This document shows, one piece after another, positions 13,329-26,411 of a stretch of 64,000 nt of DNA. Position numbers and translations under genes: made by a program. Under the pieces are notes generated by a model that worked only from the letters and a program-made list of their open reading frames with translations, ran no database searches and was not told the DNA's origin. This DNA comes from Marsupella aquatica (lineage: Eukaryota > Plantae > Marchantiophyta), in contig OZ316897.1 in NCBI GenBank assembly GCA_973895155.1, positions 15,499,375 through 15,563,374 of the forward strand, read 5' to 3'. How positions within the stretch are numbered: the stretch's first letter is position 1; each line of letters begins with the position of its first letter.

Positions 13329-16316
13329 TCGAGCCATGCATTAATTATTAGGAGCTTTTGAATTTTCGATCAGTATCTAATATGTCCGACACAAAACAGC
13401 CTTTGTTTTCTTTTATTAAAGATCGTGGGCTGTCTTGCTAGCCGGAATATACATAGAGAATGTTGACAAGGTTTTGGTATCAATCCTTGTGTAGCTAGCC
13501 AGTAATGGAGCCATTTCCATATCTATCAAAATTTTCTGCAACATTTCAACCATTGAAATGCACAGGCGGAAGAATAGGAAATATTTTGCAGATCAAGTCT
13601 ACGATTGTAGCCTTTGGCTATTATGAGTGGCGGCGCTTTTGCAATCCCCGGGATCATATTCTAGTTTGTCTCCAGTAGATGGCTAGAATCGTGAAAGTCA
13701 TCACTAGGACCTGTATAAATGCTAGGTTCCCAAGCTTTGATTTCGGATGTATCATGCATGACCCGTATTATCTGTTTGGACAATTAATGTATTATAAATA
13801 TGCGAGTCAATCTGGTTCATACTCTAGCCCATACAAGATGACTTGTATTCCAAATGTAGTCAATTGTACTTGGATTGGATGTGCAGCGAATTCAAAGATT
13901 TCATACAACTCTCGATGGTCAAGCGTTTAAATCTCGACCAGGGTTGAGATCCGGTCGTTGCCACTGTTTCAGATATCCATGGCAATTGGTTTCTAGATTT
14001 CTTTGCAATCCAAATCTGAAACATAGTGGTCCATTGTACACTAGGCATAGCTTAAATCAAGGAGTTTTGTGTTCTTGCTGATTAGTGTCTGTTTGCTGAC
14101 CTCGAGGTCTGCCTGACAATCTCGGCCTTAATTTCTTCATCTTTTCAATTCTTTTTACACTGCAGGTCCAATGACGCTGTGGCCAACCCAGCTCGGGACA
14201 TTTGAGTAATTCACTCACGAAGCTTTGGCTTCATGTGGATCTTTCGTCGAGGATGTACTTCAATTTGGCCTTCTGTTGTTTCCTTTCTAAAATCCCTTTG
14301 GTTATTGTGAAATGTGATTTACCACTTGCTCGTCACCTGTCCCTGGGACTAGTATTTACGTTCAGGTTTTCCTCTAGACCGTGAGCCTCAGGGGTAGACA
14401 GAGCCAGCCCTAGCTGGAATATTTTCAGAAATATATATAGTTAAGGTTGCATTCCCAACAGTTCCCGCACCAAAGGGTTAGTTTGTGCTCATGTCAGCTT
14501 CATGACAGAAACGTATGTTTATGACTTCCTTTCTTTTGTGCTACTCGACAGTATAGTTGCAATATTATTTTGGGTCTGGGTTTCATTTCGCCACCGGTTG
14601 AGTGTAAGCATAGTGAAGCATAACGCGTTTTGAAATACTCAGGTGGTACCAGTTGGTGGGCCTTCTTTTGACCTTCAAAGTTGAACATATGCTACGCTTG
14701 ACCTGACTTCAGAGAACCCATATTACATAATTTCTCAATGAATGTATGTCAGTACATACAGGACAGGTGCTATACCATGAAGGATCGGAGTTCTTTCAAT
14801 GGTAGCCTGATGGAATTCATACGGCGTAGTCATTCCAGTCATAAAAACTGAAAATGTTTGGAGGGACAGGGCGAAGAGACATTTCTTTCCTTCACGGTTT
14901 GATAATTGCGTTCGAGCCATTCAAATGGAGAATTTCAGGCAGAAGTAGCGAAGGAACTGGGATGGACCGTTGCACTTTGATAGCAGCTAGCATCAATACA
15001 ATGGAAGACACGAAGACCTGCGTTGCCTGAAGAGTTGATACCACTACTTTGTTGAGCCACGTAACTTTGCTCTCAGCCAAGAAGCAAGCAGCCATTTAGA
15101 TAGCACAAGTATTAAAATAATAACGTGAAATTGATCTATATTATTATTCATACGCATATCTTCCATTTAGCGTCTTTGCTAGAAGTGTCTGACGTCATAA
15201 ACTAACTGCCGTCTAACTGGCTCATTTGACTGCCCCGTCGTATGAGTCGGTAATCATCATACAATCCCACTAATGATTGCCTTCAGAGAAAATCGGATAC
15301 ACAATCTCGTACATCTGAACTAGTAGCAGTACACACCACGTTAATGGGAACATCTCTATAAATCTATGTCTAAACTAGACGACATAGATTCTAGCAGGAT
15401 CTGTTTTAGGGAGCATTGTACTAAATGACTAAGTAACACGGGAACCATTGTCATCAGACACTTCTCCAGTTCTCCATAAGCCTTGCTGAGTCCCCTTTCA
15501 TGGATGCTAAGTAAAGGTCTCCTGACTTCACATCGCCATGAAAGCCCAACAGAAAGCACAGTCAAGCAATACCATGTCAGAGACTTACCAAGGCATCGAA
15601 ATTAAGCATCGATGTACAGTCAGACTGAGAAAACCTTAAATTCTACCTTTTTAACCAAGTACGGCAGATTCATCACATATGATGCACAAGTGTGTACTCT
15701 AGTTGAGCAAGGCTTTTTTTAATGGTGAAAATTTGCCAAATCCTGCCTTGGGATTGCCTGGTGCGACTCAATAATGGGAATTTCTGCCAAAACTAGCACC
15801 CCACTAGCCGAGGTTAGAGCATGTTTACTCTTAATCTAGCACTCGTGGCGGTTGACCGTACCTACTCTCCACGCCTTTCTCAAACTCACCATATCCTCAC
15901 ACACGGGCGTATATTGGATGCATTCAGTTGAATGTATTTGGGTAATGTATCAAAATGTGATAATATAAAGTGTACTATGTCTAATTTGAAGTCCCCATGG
16001 ACTTCTAGGCGTGACTGATACAGAGTCACATAGGAATATTAAACATAAGAATAGGCAAAAGTTAAACACTCTATATTCCTAATGGGAAGGAGACCCCCCC
16101 CCCCCACCAAAAAAAAGTTCTCAACTAGGTCTACATTTGTTCTCGTGCACAACCGATGTTCATTGTCAAGCCTTGGACCAGCTCACTACTTTTGACTTGC
16201 ACAGACTGGCTGCAAATAAAGAAGCAGGCCAAGATCAGACTACTAGCATATATAAGTAAACCCTACCAATCACACTCTGTAAGAGTAGAAGATGAGATGA
16301 ATTTCTATTGTGGTTA

Positions 16317-16677
16317 CACTGTTCGCCATAATTAGTGTGACTAACACTAATTCAAGAGCGCCCATTTTCAGGGTCTACTCGCGAATTAGTGTTAGTCACA
16401 CTAATTTTGTGCTAACACTATTTTCGTGCACATGAATTAATGTTACTATGGTCTTAAGAGTGGCAAAATAGAGAAAAAAACTATTTTGAAAAATCCACAA
16501 CAATTAGTGTTACTTTGGACTAAATATTATCCATTTTTTACAAGATTTAAACTAAAGTGACAAAAATATGTTTTGAAAACCGACAAAAATTAGTGTTACT
16601 TGGATTCAAAATCATTTTTCCCAAAATTAGTGTTAGTAACACTAATTCTTGCATAACACTAATTACGGTGAACAATG
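16317..16677. mobile_element. Tc1/mariner-type MITE (361 bp)
   Basis: Imperfect ~22-bp TIR cactgttcgccataattagtgt / acactaattacggtgaacaatg, TA TSD both sides, many internal aattagtgt/acactaatt repeats. Confidence 0.8.
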
Positions 16678-16702
16678 TAGTTCAATTATAGAATTTAATC
16701 AT

Positions 16703-17116
16703 TGTCATGCCGAGGGGCAGTGCCTCTTGAATGTGCACATAGGCATGTCCCTCGCATGCTTGCTAGGTATGTAGTTAGGGCTAGTGTACTACTTGAGTTA
16801 GTGTCATGTTCTTGTAGCGAGTCTGGGCCGATCTTGAAGCAAAGGTGTTTGTTAGTGTGACGCCTGGACCCGGTCCTACTTAGGGCATGTTTTTCTTTGC
16901 CATTTTTAAGTTCTTCTTGAATCGTTGTTGACAGAGCTCAGACAGTACTCGTCGGTTCCGTACATGGGATTCACACAGTGATTCGTTAGATGCTCCCGAC
17001 CGATCTTGGCATCCCGCCGGTTTTCGATTCGATTTCAGTACTCTTGTTTCTCTTACGCCTTTTATTCAAGAAGAACTCTCAAGATAGCGGTGAAGGGAAG
17101 AAGATTGCTCATGACA
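16703..17116 (+). repeat. Putative 5' LTR of the Gypsy element (414 bp)
   Basis: TGTCATG...CATGACA terminal inverted heptamer; TGG-starting PBS-like tggtgaagccgg at 17131; gag downstream; partner LTR not in window. Confidence 0.65.
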
Positions 17117-18271
17117 ATTTCGACAATTTCTGGTGAAGCCGGTGCAATTTCTATGGAAAAACGTTGTGCGATGTGGTGGAAGTTATGACTTAAGTGTATA
17201 CACTTAGGTATACACTTAAGTCAAACAAGGCCCCCCTCCCTCTTTTCCTTTGCGTTTTTTGCCCAGGTTTTTCTTTTCTGGCCGCAACCTGTTTCATGAC
17301 TTGCTGTTGTCGACTGCTGCATCGACGCCGACTGCATAAGGCGCACCCGCGCTCGCGTTTTTAACGACCTCTTTGGGACCCTTTTTTGTTTACCGGCCAC
17401 GACTGCCTCGGCCACCGTGCACCCCTTTTCGTTCGCCCTTTTTTGCCTTGCCAAGCCTTGAAGTTCCTCCCTCCGTTTGTTTTCCTGCCTTTTTCTTCTC
17501 TCGGTATCTCGCAGGCTGTGCATATAGGGCATCGTGCCTCCCACTGCCAGCATTTAATTAAGGAGAGGAGGGGGAGAAAGTACGAGCTGGGAGTCGAGAG
17601 GAGAAGGCACGGAGGCCTATGAAGCATTAAAGTAGGGGGAGGGGGAATTCAATTAGACTCCCTTCTCTTGGGAGTAGGTTCACCTGTGGCCAGGCAGGAG
17701 CGCAAGGAGAGGGCATGAGGCCCTAGGCAGCATTAAGAGGGAGTCGATTCCTTTTGTCAGGCCCAAAACTCATTTAAGGAGGGGAGGGGGATTTAGTCGC
17801 TCCTTTCTCTTCGGGAGCACATCAGGAGCCAGGAGGGGGGCGCAAAGCCCTATGTAGGGCCCGAGCCATTAATTGGGGCCCCATTTGTTTTCTTTCGCTG
17901 CGCCCTCGCTTTGCTTCCTCGTTTTGCCGCGCCTTTTCCTCCTTAATTAAGTGCTCCGCAGCCTGTACGTACATAGGGTCTCGTCGCTTTTCCCTTGTGC
18001 TAGCCAGTTTCCGGGTCCACAATGGGGCCCGATGTGTATACACTTAAGGGGCCCGTATATGTATTCACTTGAAGGGGGTCCATTTTCAGTGTATTTTTCA
18101 CTGCCGCCTTTCAGGACAATTGGTCGCCACTGGTCATCTGCATCGGGCTACGGGCCCAAGGTATACACATGGGACGGCAATCCCACATCACCTATGTATA
18201 CACATAGGCAAGCGCGACGGGGACACAATTTGAGGTTTTAAGGGTCCTTTTTCCTTGACGGTTTTTTTACG

Positions 18272-19205
18272 GTGACGGGTTTTCTCATTCTTTACACATT
18301 TTGCACATTTTGGGTACTGTCACACAGCTTGTTAGCAGACAAGCCGGGAGGTAGCAGCTCATCGCCATCAACACCCCGGTACCACTTACGGAGTGATCCA
18401 CGACCATTGGTGCCAATTTCATTGGAGTCTTGGCAATTTCGACAACGTCACCAGACAGCAGCAGCACCCACACCATGCAACCCTTCTGCTACATTTGGCG
18501 GTCGCTTCACCTCTACCCCAAAGCCTGCTATCACATTTTTGCCCTTTATCCTTCTACATCAGTGATTGTTCCAGCTTCACCAACATACAGCATGGATGCC
18601 AGTCACTCATCTGGCCGCATTGAGCACTTCAGTGGGCGGCCAGGCACTGTTTCTTTACGTGAGTTCAAATCCACTTTCTACACTGTTGTTTACAAATTGG
18701 AGTTGAAGTACGGCAGCAATTTCACAAATGCATTTGCATTTAAGCAACTAGCCAGGTATGTGCACCATCATGAGGCTTTGGATATGTATGAGAAGCATTC
18801 TCAACGGCTGCTTGCTATCACCCAATTGCCTAACCCTGCCTATGCCAGTGCAATTGTAGTAGCCTCACAACTGGCCTTATAGAATGCCATTGCAGCCCAT
18901 GCTGCTGTTCTTGCCACTTCCCCTCCTACTCCAATTCCTACCACTGCGCCAGTTACTCCCACTGTCTTGGCACAGGCTACATCAGGCATTTCTTCCACCA
19001 TTGATTCACCTGCCTTTGCTGATCCAGTGGCTAAGTTTTTCCAGGTTCTTGAATTGGAATTCCCAATTAAGAATGCTGACAAAATCATGTAGTTGGCCAC
19101 CTTTGTGACGCAACGTGATGAAACATTGAAGATGATGTATCGCCGACTTCTCAATCTGAAGGAGGACACCCAGAGCATCACTGACCTGGAGGCTGCTCAT
19201 CGCTA
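18272..19205 (+). pseudogene. Gypsy gag, 5' part (disrupted)
   Basis: PRYHLRS, IEHFSGRPGTVSLREFK, DETLKMMYRRL; in-frame TAG stops; cut by the Sola-like insertion. Confidence 0.75.
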
Positions 19206-20419
19206 AACACGTTGACGGACCAAACGAGAAGTGTGACCACCAAACGAGAAGCCTCTTCAGATTTTGCAAAAAATGGTGATACAAAACATGTTTTTGTGTT
19301 AAAACAAGCTTTTTTGAAAAAAATTAAGAAATGGATCAGTTTTTGTATTGCGCCTAGTGACATTTTGGGAGCTAAACTAATGATCTGGAAATAAAATATT
19401 TGGATGTCATGTTTTGCGAGAGACTAGAGACTAGAATACTCACATTTGGAAAAATAAAATGTGTTAGATAAATTTTTGCAATTGTTTCCAAAATCAAGAT
19501 TTTGACCAAAAACTAATTTTTTTATGATGAGCAACAGTACGCTTAACTTTTCACATACCAAAAGTGATACCGTGTATCAAATTTTGGATTTAGTTTACGA
19601 ATTGACTTTTGTAACCTGCCCAAACGATGTTTGACAACAAATTCAAAATAACGGTAATAATTTATGAATTAAAAGATACCCATTTGAAACTCCAAATTTG
19701 ATCGTCATGTGAACCCAAGGTTTAGGGACTACCACGCAACTGCGCAGTTACATCCACAGTCAGTTATTTTAACTCACTTCTGGTTAAGCTAAGACTCACG
19801 ACTAAACGACATTGTTGCATGATTCAAACCATCAAACCTAATCCCAACCATGATCCACGGATCATGGATTGTTGCCAATACACAAAACTACCCATTGAAA
19901 ATACAAATAATTTTCTAGCCCATAAAATAATGGGAGGAATTCAATCTGTGATCAGTGGATCATTGGGTTCCCAAACTCAAAACACATCTTCAAAAACATG
20001 CTTTAAATTATTTTCCAGTCCTCCAAACCTTGAGAGGAATTACAATCGTGATACACGGATCATAATTATTGCGAACACACAAAAACCTCCTATCAAAACA
20101 CCTGGTCAATCCATTTGTCACTAGAAGCAAAACATTGAGTATAATCCCAACCATGATACCTGGATCATAATGCTCTCAAAATTCTGGAAACCAGATCATT
20201 TCTATATTTTGTCTCTTAGTGAAAACCAATCAAGCTATGCCACATGGCAAACACAACCCCAAAACTATAAAAGCATGGTCCGTCATCAAATTTTGAGCTT
20301 CACTTTCATAGGACCTTCATATTTTTCATTTGTGGGGCGCTCAAGATTTTGAAAATTTTGTAATATTTAAGCAATCGTAGAGGCACATCCTGTGAGGAAA
20401 CCTTGGTTGTATAGAGTTT

Positions 20420-23400
20420 ATGATAACCATGTCTAGCTGTGAGTCAGAAGAAAGCATTGCTAGTTCCATCCAATCCTCCCCCGGGGTTGTTCATAGATTT
20501 ATTCCTTCTCATTTGCAAGCCAAACTTCCACCCTCTGAGCGAGTGGAGCCCCAAGTAGACATTAAAGACTCCGATTCAGAGGGAAGTGATTATTCTATTA
20601 GTATGCATGCTTTGGTAAAATTTCATTGTCTAAAATGCATTTTTTAGAGTCCTTTTGAGTCCTGAAATGATGTGACTCGTTGCGTGACAAGTCCTTTTAT
20701 CAATTTTTGAAGGACATATAAGGAAAGCTTCAAAGTCTCAAATGCTAGATAGTTTAATGAATGTTACCAACCTACAGGATGTTTATTAAGTATAGTACAT
20801 CAAATTTTCTATATCATCTCATTACACCCTACAAATGATATCCTAAAGCATAATAAACTATGGTCACTTTTGAGTGTGACGTTCCTTTTGGGTCCTCCAA
20901 TTGTGAATGAGGCCAAACGTCGTCTACTCAGTTTTCCATGTCAACGAAGTCAGATTGGCTCACCTTTAGGATCCCCGGAAGCATTTGTTCAATTTAGAAC
21001 AGAGAGAAAGCAAGTCTCGTCCGTGATGAGAGCATTGGATATAGGAATACCTACACCAGATTCAAAATCACCAGGAATTCGCATTGGAATGCGAAGGATG
21101 ATCACCGGATCAAATTTGGTATTCCCCCCAAAGGAACAAGGATCCGAGGAGGTTGAAAGGTGTGCTGGAATACCAATGGTGATCCATAGATCATCTTTGA
21201 GATTCACAACCAAGGACGGTTCGAAGGAGTCTAGAATTTGTTCTGGAATACCAACCATGATCCCTGTATCATCTAAGGTATTCCAAAGCAAACTTGGACC
21301 GGAGCAAGAGATAATCCAAATTGGTCCTCGACGGATGATCACATGTTCAACTTTGGTATTCCCAAGAGTTAGGGAACATGTACCAGAGGATACTCACATT
21401 CGATTAAGAAGACGAAGGATAATTACAGGATTACTCAGGCAACAATCACCAGGACAACCCCGAGTTAGTCCTTGCATACATGGAAATGGAGAATCGCCTC
21501 GTTTGTTGCAAAGTCGTAATTTTCCATTGCGTGAGGCAAGACTTCCATGTGTGCATAGGTTATTTGATCACTATCTCCAAGCTGGAAATGACCCCAAAAG
21601 TGACAATAGAGACACTCCATTGGAGGGTCCGCCTCGTAGAATTACACCTGAGAATGTGGGGAGCATCTCAAGGATTAAACTAAGAGGGGACGATGTCCTC
21701 AGTTCAGGAGATTCATTACGCTATCGGAAACCACGGACTCCTATAGTAGTTGAATGTTATAGTGAACTAGATGATGAAACTGAGAGTGAAGATACCAAAA
21801 ACATTGCTAGAGTTGTGAGGACTATTCTAGGATCACAACAGACTAGCAGTCCTTGTGAGGCCTCTGATAATGTGAATTATGAAGGTAATACCTCCTATGA
21901 TGGACATGCAGTTCCATCCAGTCCTTTATCTAGTTTCAGTAGTGCAGAGGAAAGTGAGTCAACTGAGTCTAGTTCTACCCATGGTCCTCTCGAAGATGGT
22001 GTTGGGGATGTTAATTCTACAATCAAGTTTCAAGATGGAATATTGAGAGAGAAAGGCCCTAGTAAAAAGTTGAGAGACAGAATAAGCAGGAAAGACAATG
22101 TTATAAAAAGACAATTGAATAGAAGAATAACCAAGGATGTGTTCAAATATTCATGTTGTGAGAGTTTTTGTTTGAGGGATTTGGGTTTAGAGCAATGTGC
22201 CAAACAACGCAAATATTATTTTAGTCTCTCACGTACTCAAAAGAATATCCTTCTTTGAGGTTGCGTGATAAAGAGTGGATCCTATGGATTGAATGAGTAT
22301 AGTGTTAATGGAAAGGTCTTATGTCGAGGAGGGTTTAAGAAACTCTTTTCAGTAGGAAACAACCAACTTGCAAAAATTTCTCAAAATATGTATAGTCGAA
22401 TACAATATGATCCAAATTGCAAAGAGATTTCTCCTATGAACTTGACACTCATAAGTTGGTTAGAGGAATTCTTTCGAAAGAATGTGGAAAGCCTTCCTAA
22501 CAAAGATATTTTCCATTTGCCTAACAACTGGTCAAAGTTGGAAGTTTTTGACACATTCCAAACTGAAACAAGATTGCGCAATGAGGTAGGTGTTACATAT
22601 TCTTGGTTTTGTCGAATTTGGAAAAAAAGTTTCTCAAGAGTGCAAATCCCAAAGAGGAGTCGCTTCTCCACTTGCGGTCCATGTACCGAATTCAAAGCTC
22701 TTCGAGACAAAGCTATCTTGGAAGTCAATCGTCGTAAGTTCTCAAAACTATCTTGTTAGTTTGGTTATTTTTTGAATTTTATTTTGGATGATTTGCAAGA
22801 CTAACACCATTAATTGATACCTTAACTTTAATTGACTTGATGACTTAGTTTTTTTGTGTGCTTCATTTGACCAAGCTAGAACTAATTTAATTTCTCCTAA
22901 TTGCAGTCAGATATTCGACAGCACTTCAAAAACACCGTGTCACACAAAGTATTGAGAGGGAGAAATTGGCAAAACATCGTCAAAAATGTTACAACCATCC
23001 AAATAAGTATTTGAGACTTTGCATCGATGGCATGGACCAGAAGAAGACAGAGCTACCTCATTTTCTCAGATGTCCTAAAAACATGGATGAAAAATATTTC
23101 ATTCCTATACATGTTGTAGGTTGTTTGATATGTAGTGGTCGCCTTTCATCAAAGGTTTTCTTGAATTACCCTAATATTCAGAATGATGCAAATTTGACAA
23201 TTCATGTCATCCAAAATGTGCTAAATACATGGCAAGGAAGTCTACCTCCAATATTGTATTTACAGTTAGATAACACAGCTAGGGAGAACAAAAATCAATT
23301 TGTGATGGCATATTTAAATATGTTGGTAGATTTAAATATCTTCCAAAAGATAAAGCTTGGTTTTCTTTTGGTAGGGCATACTCATGATCAAATTGATCAA

Positions 23401-24522
23401 ATGTTCAGCAAATTCTCTTTAAAGTTGAACAAGCAAAGGGCATTTAGGTTGGAAACACTCACCAAAATCATTAAATCCTCATACAAACCACTACCGGAGG
23501 TGATTTTTGTAAGTGAGACAGCAGATTTTCGGAAATTTGTGAAGGACCAGGATCAGCCAAATGACAAGGAGCTTGCAGGAAAAGTTTTACAACCGCTCAA
23601 TCTCATCAGCTATCAAAGACAATTTTGAATGAAAAGGAGTGTGAGCAGCGATGGGACTGTTAAAATCTTATTTCATGGAAAACATCTATCTACAACAATT
23701 GGTTGGGGAGAAGCAGTGGAATTTGTTAACTACATTCCAACATCCCCAATGTGGGTTGCATCACAAATGCCGCTCAAATTCTCTGGCATAAGTGATGAGA
23801 TCGAGGAAGAGGGTAATGCAACTAGCAAAGGACTTGCTCATCTGGAGAAATATCAAAAAGCAATTGAAGCAGGATTCAATTATTTTGATAATGATGATAA
23901 AGTTTGGTGGTATTCATTTTTTGATCAGCAGAAAGATATTTTATGTAACCATCTCGAGGATGCCACATGGAGTTTCAATTGGGTTTGGCCCAAATCGGCA
24001 AGTGGCTTAGTGATGCCAACCCCGGAGGCCCTAGTGATTATCAAAGATACTTTGCAAGAGAAAATAGTTGGACCAGAGAGAGCCATGTACTCGGGTACTC
24101 GAAGAAAGCAAACGGAGTTGGGAGATTTCAAAGACATGGAGGTCAATAACAAATATTCCATGATTTGTGTTGCTGCTTATCAAGATCCTAGTGGAAGGCC
24201 TTTTTGGATGGCCAAGGTGACAAAGATAGTAACCAAAGTTGATGATGTTCCACAAAAGATCAAAATCACTTGGTATACAACTGAGTGTGAATCCGAGTCT
24301 GCAATTGATGGAAAATATTATCCAGAGAAAGAGGCATCATCATCAAATAAACTTCTACATGCAGAGTTGAACCTATTAGAAACAGTTGCCTATGCATACA
24401 ACTTTGCTTTGTTAGCCAACAACACAATAGCAGTGAAGACAAGGCAAATAATACAAGCTGCACTTTTGGAGCGCAGTCTTGAATTAGTGGAGGCAAATGA
24501 AGAAAATGTTGACAATAGCTAA
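20420..24522 (+). pseudogene. Sola-like DDD transposase, spliced, disrupted
   Basis: CIDGMDQ, LQLDNTARENKN, FLLVGHTHDQIDQMFS, CxxC motif FSTCGPC; in-frame GT-AG intron 22734-22906; in-frame TGA at 22256 and 23626; N-terminus interrupted at 20588-20904. Confidence 0.85.
20588..20904 (-). mobile_element. One-ended fragment of the 638-bp GGCCTCATTCAC-TIR element
   Basis: Near-identical reverse complement of 50789-~51115, ending in ccaattgtgaatgaggcc; other end missing. Confidence 0.9.
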
Positions 24523-24622
24523 ACATTGTACAATCATCATAGCATTTGATTTTATTGAGTGTAATCCTAAATTACAATAGCATCAATTTAATGATTTATG
24601 TATCAAATTTGTTGTGTAACTA

Positions 24623-25288
24623 TCAAATTTTTCTTGTCACGAGTTGTAAAATCACTTCTCTTCTAAACCTCTCCATATCACTTGAGGTGAAGTCAAAAGC
24701 CAAATTTAAACTCCGACAACTAGCAAACTTGAGAAGAAACATCCCACAATTATAGTCATCTAATTGTTTAGGAATATTTTTGGGAGTGACTCTTTCCCAA
24801 GTCATTGCATCAAGTTGTGGTTTGGATTTGTGGAGTGCTTCGTCATCAAGATATCTAGCCAAGTTTATGAGTACCTGTGTATCCTCATTACACAACGAAT
24901 CTAAGTATTCAAATTTCCTTGCCCTCAGGTCGATTATTGCCAAAGACCAATGTCGAGATGAGTCATTATGAATAGGAACAAGAACCTTGTCACATTCAAA
25001 TATGCTATAGCCTATCCTCTTTGTCCAATTTGCAACACTTGTGCTATACCCATAAGATGGGTTTGAAAGACGTTTGTAAAACCAAGTATAAAAAAAATGA
25101 CACTTCATGGTGGGGAAAGTGTTGCACACTTCCCTCTTGGCTTTCCTTTCCTTTAGTAGAATTAAATATGGATTTACAACCTCCGATGTTAGCCATCCTC
25201 CAGGTAACAAACATTTCATATGTTTGCGATTTAACTCATAATTGTCAATTGTGGTTAGAATTTCATTCGGATCCAAATCATCGTTCAA
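24623..25288 (-). CDS. ULP1/C48-family SUMO-protease-like protein (transposon cargo; probably last exon of a longer gene)
   Basis: GWLTSEVVN, VPIH...HWSL, YLDSL, PKQLDDYNCGMF (His/Asp/Gln/Cys catalytic residues present). Confidence 0.9.
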   Translation of the reverse strand: MNDDLDPNEILTTIDNYELNRKHMKCLLPGGWLTSEVVNPYLILLKERKAKREVCNTFPTMKCHFFYTWFYKRLSNPSYGYSTSVANWTKRIGYSIFECDKVLVPIHNDSSRHWSLAIIDLRARKFEYLDSLCNEDTQVLINLARYLDDEALHKSKPQLDAMTWERVTPKNIPKQLDDYNCGMFLLKFASCRSLNLAFDFTSSDMERFRREVILQLVTRKI

Positions 25289-25318
25289 ATCAATGTTGGG
25301 TATTTACTCTTACGCCTA

Positions 25319-25491
25319 GGTTAGGTATGACGTGGTTGGTACAACAACGTGGGTTGGTACAACTACGTGGTTAGGTACAACTACGTGATTAGGTACAACT
25401 ATGTGGTTAGGTACAACTACGTGATTAGGTACAACTATGTGGTTAGGTACAACTACATGATTAGGTACAACTATGTGGTTAGGTACAACTA
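25319..25491. repeat. 18-bp tandem repeat, ~9 copies
   Basis: g(g/a)ttaggtacaacta(c/t)gt units; reads VVPNH(I/V) on the minus strand. Confidence 0.95.
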
Positions 25492-26411
25492 AGTTGCACA
25501 CTATATCATAAGAGGCATGTGTGCTTGGAGAGGTAGAACCAAGGCTCATTGTTATGGAGCCACTTGAGAGATAGGGAGAGCTTACACTGTGGAGACTCGG
25601 TATAGCCGACGGGCTTAAAGTTCAGTAAAGCTCTCTTGTGTGTTCCCGTGGACGTAGCCTCAAGGAGCACTACAACATATTTTGCCCTTTTGCGAAGCTC
25701 ATTTGTGTCCGGACACACGTTTGCAATTTCAGATGCTTCAAACCGTTGATGACTCAATACGCATCGCAATTTGCGATATTTGTGGTATTGCAACTTTGGT
25801 CTTCCATGTGATTTGCATCGCAAACATTTTGGAAACTTTATTGTATCACAATATTTTGCGAAACTACAGAGATTACAAAACACATTACGAAGGCTCTGCG
25901 ACCGCTCCGAAAGTCCGAAACCACGGTAACATTAATGATGCGAAACAATTAGTATTGGAGGATGTTTGCGAAAAGGTTAGCTTCAAACAATTTGCGATGG
26001 GTTTGTATGGCAAATGTGCGAAACGATGTGGATGGTAAAGGTGAGATGGTCTGGATATCGCAAAATAGTGAAGCGTATAGTATGGAATAATTGAGAAACG
26101 GTTTAAATGGCAGAATTGCAATTTGGTTGGGATTTGTTTAGTTTCGCAAACAGTTCGCAAACGTTTATGTTAGACTTGTGTGTGCATCTAGGTTAGAGTT
26201 TGAATGGGGGAGGAGGAGGGAGGGAGGTGAAAGGTGAAAGAGGGAGGAAGGGAGTTGGAAGGTGGATGAGGGACGGAGGAAGAAGGGAGTCCAAAGAGGG
26301 TTTACTAAAAATAGGAGAGACTTTAGCGAAGAGGGAGGGAGGAGAAAAAGCTATGGAGTTTTTGGAAGAGGAAGGGGAGTTTGGGTTCAAAGAGGGAGGA
26401 GGGAATCTCCA

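Noticed and set aside
13679-15565. Spliced host gene downstream of hypX
   Set aside because: Some splice-like sites but no consistent exon chain or recognisable protein
22256-23628. Programmed readthrough or selenocysteine at in-frame TGA codons
   Set aside because: Better explained by CGA>TGA deamination, which is seen throughout the nest
25319-25491. 18-bp repeats as a CRISPR or guide array
   Set aside because: Simple tandem repeat without spacers
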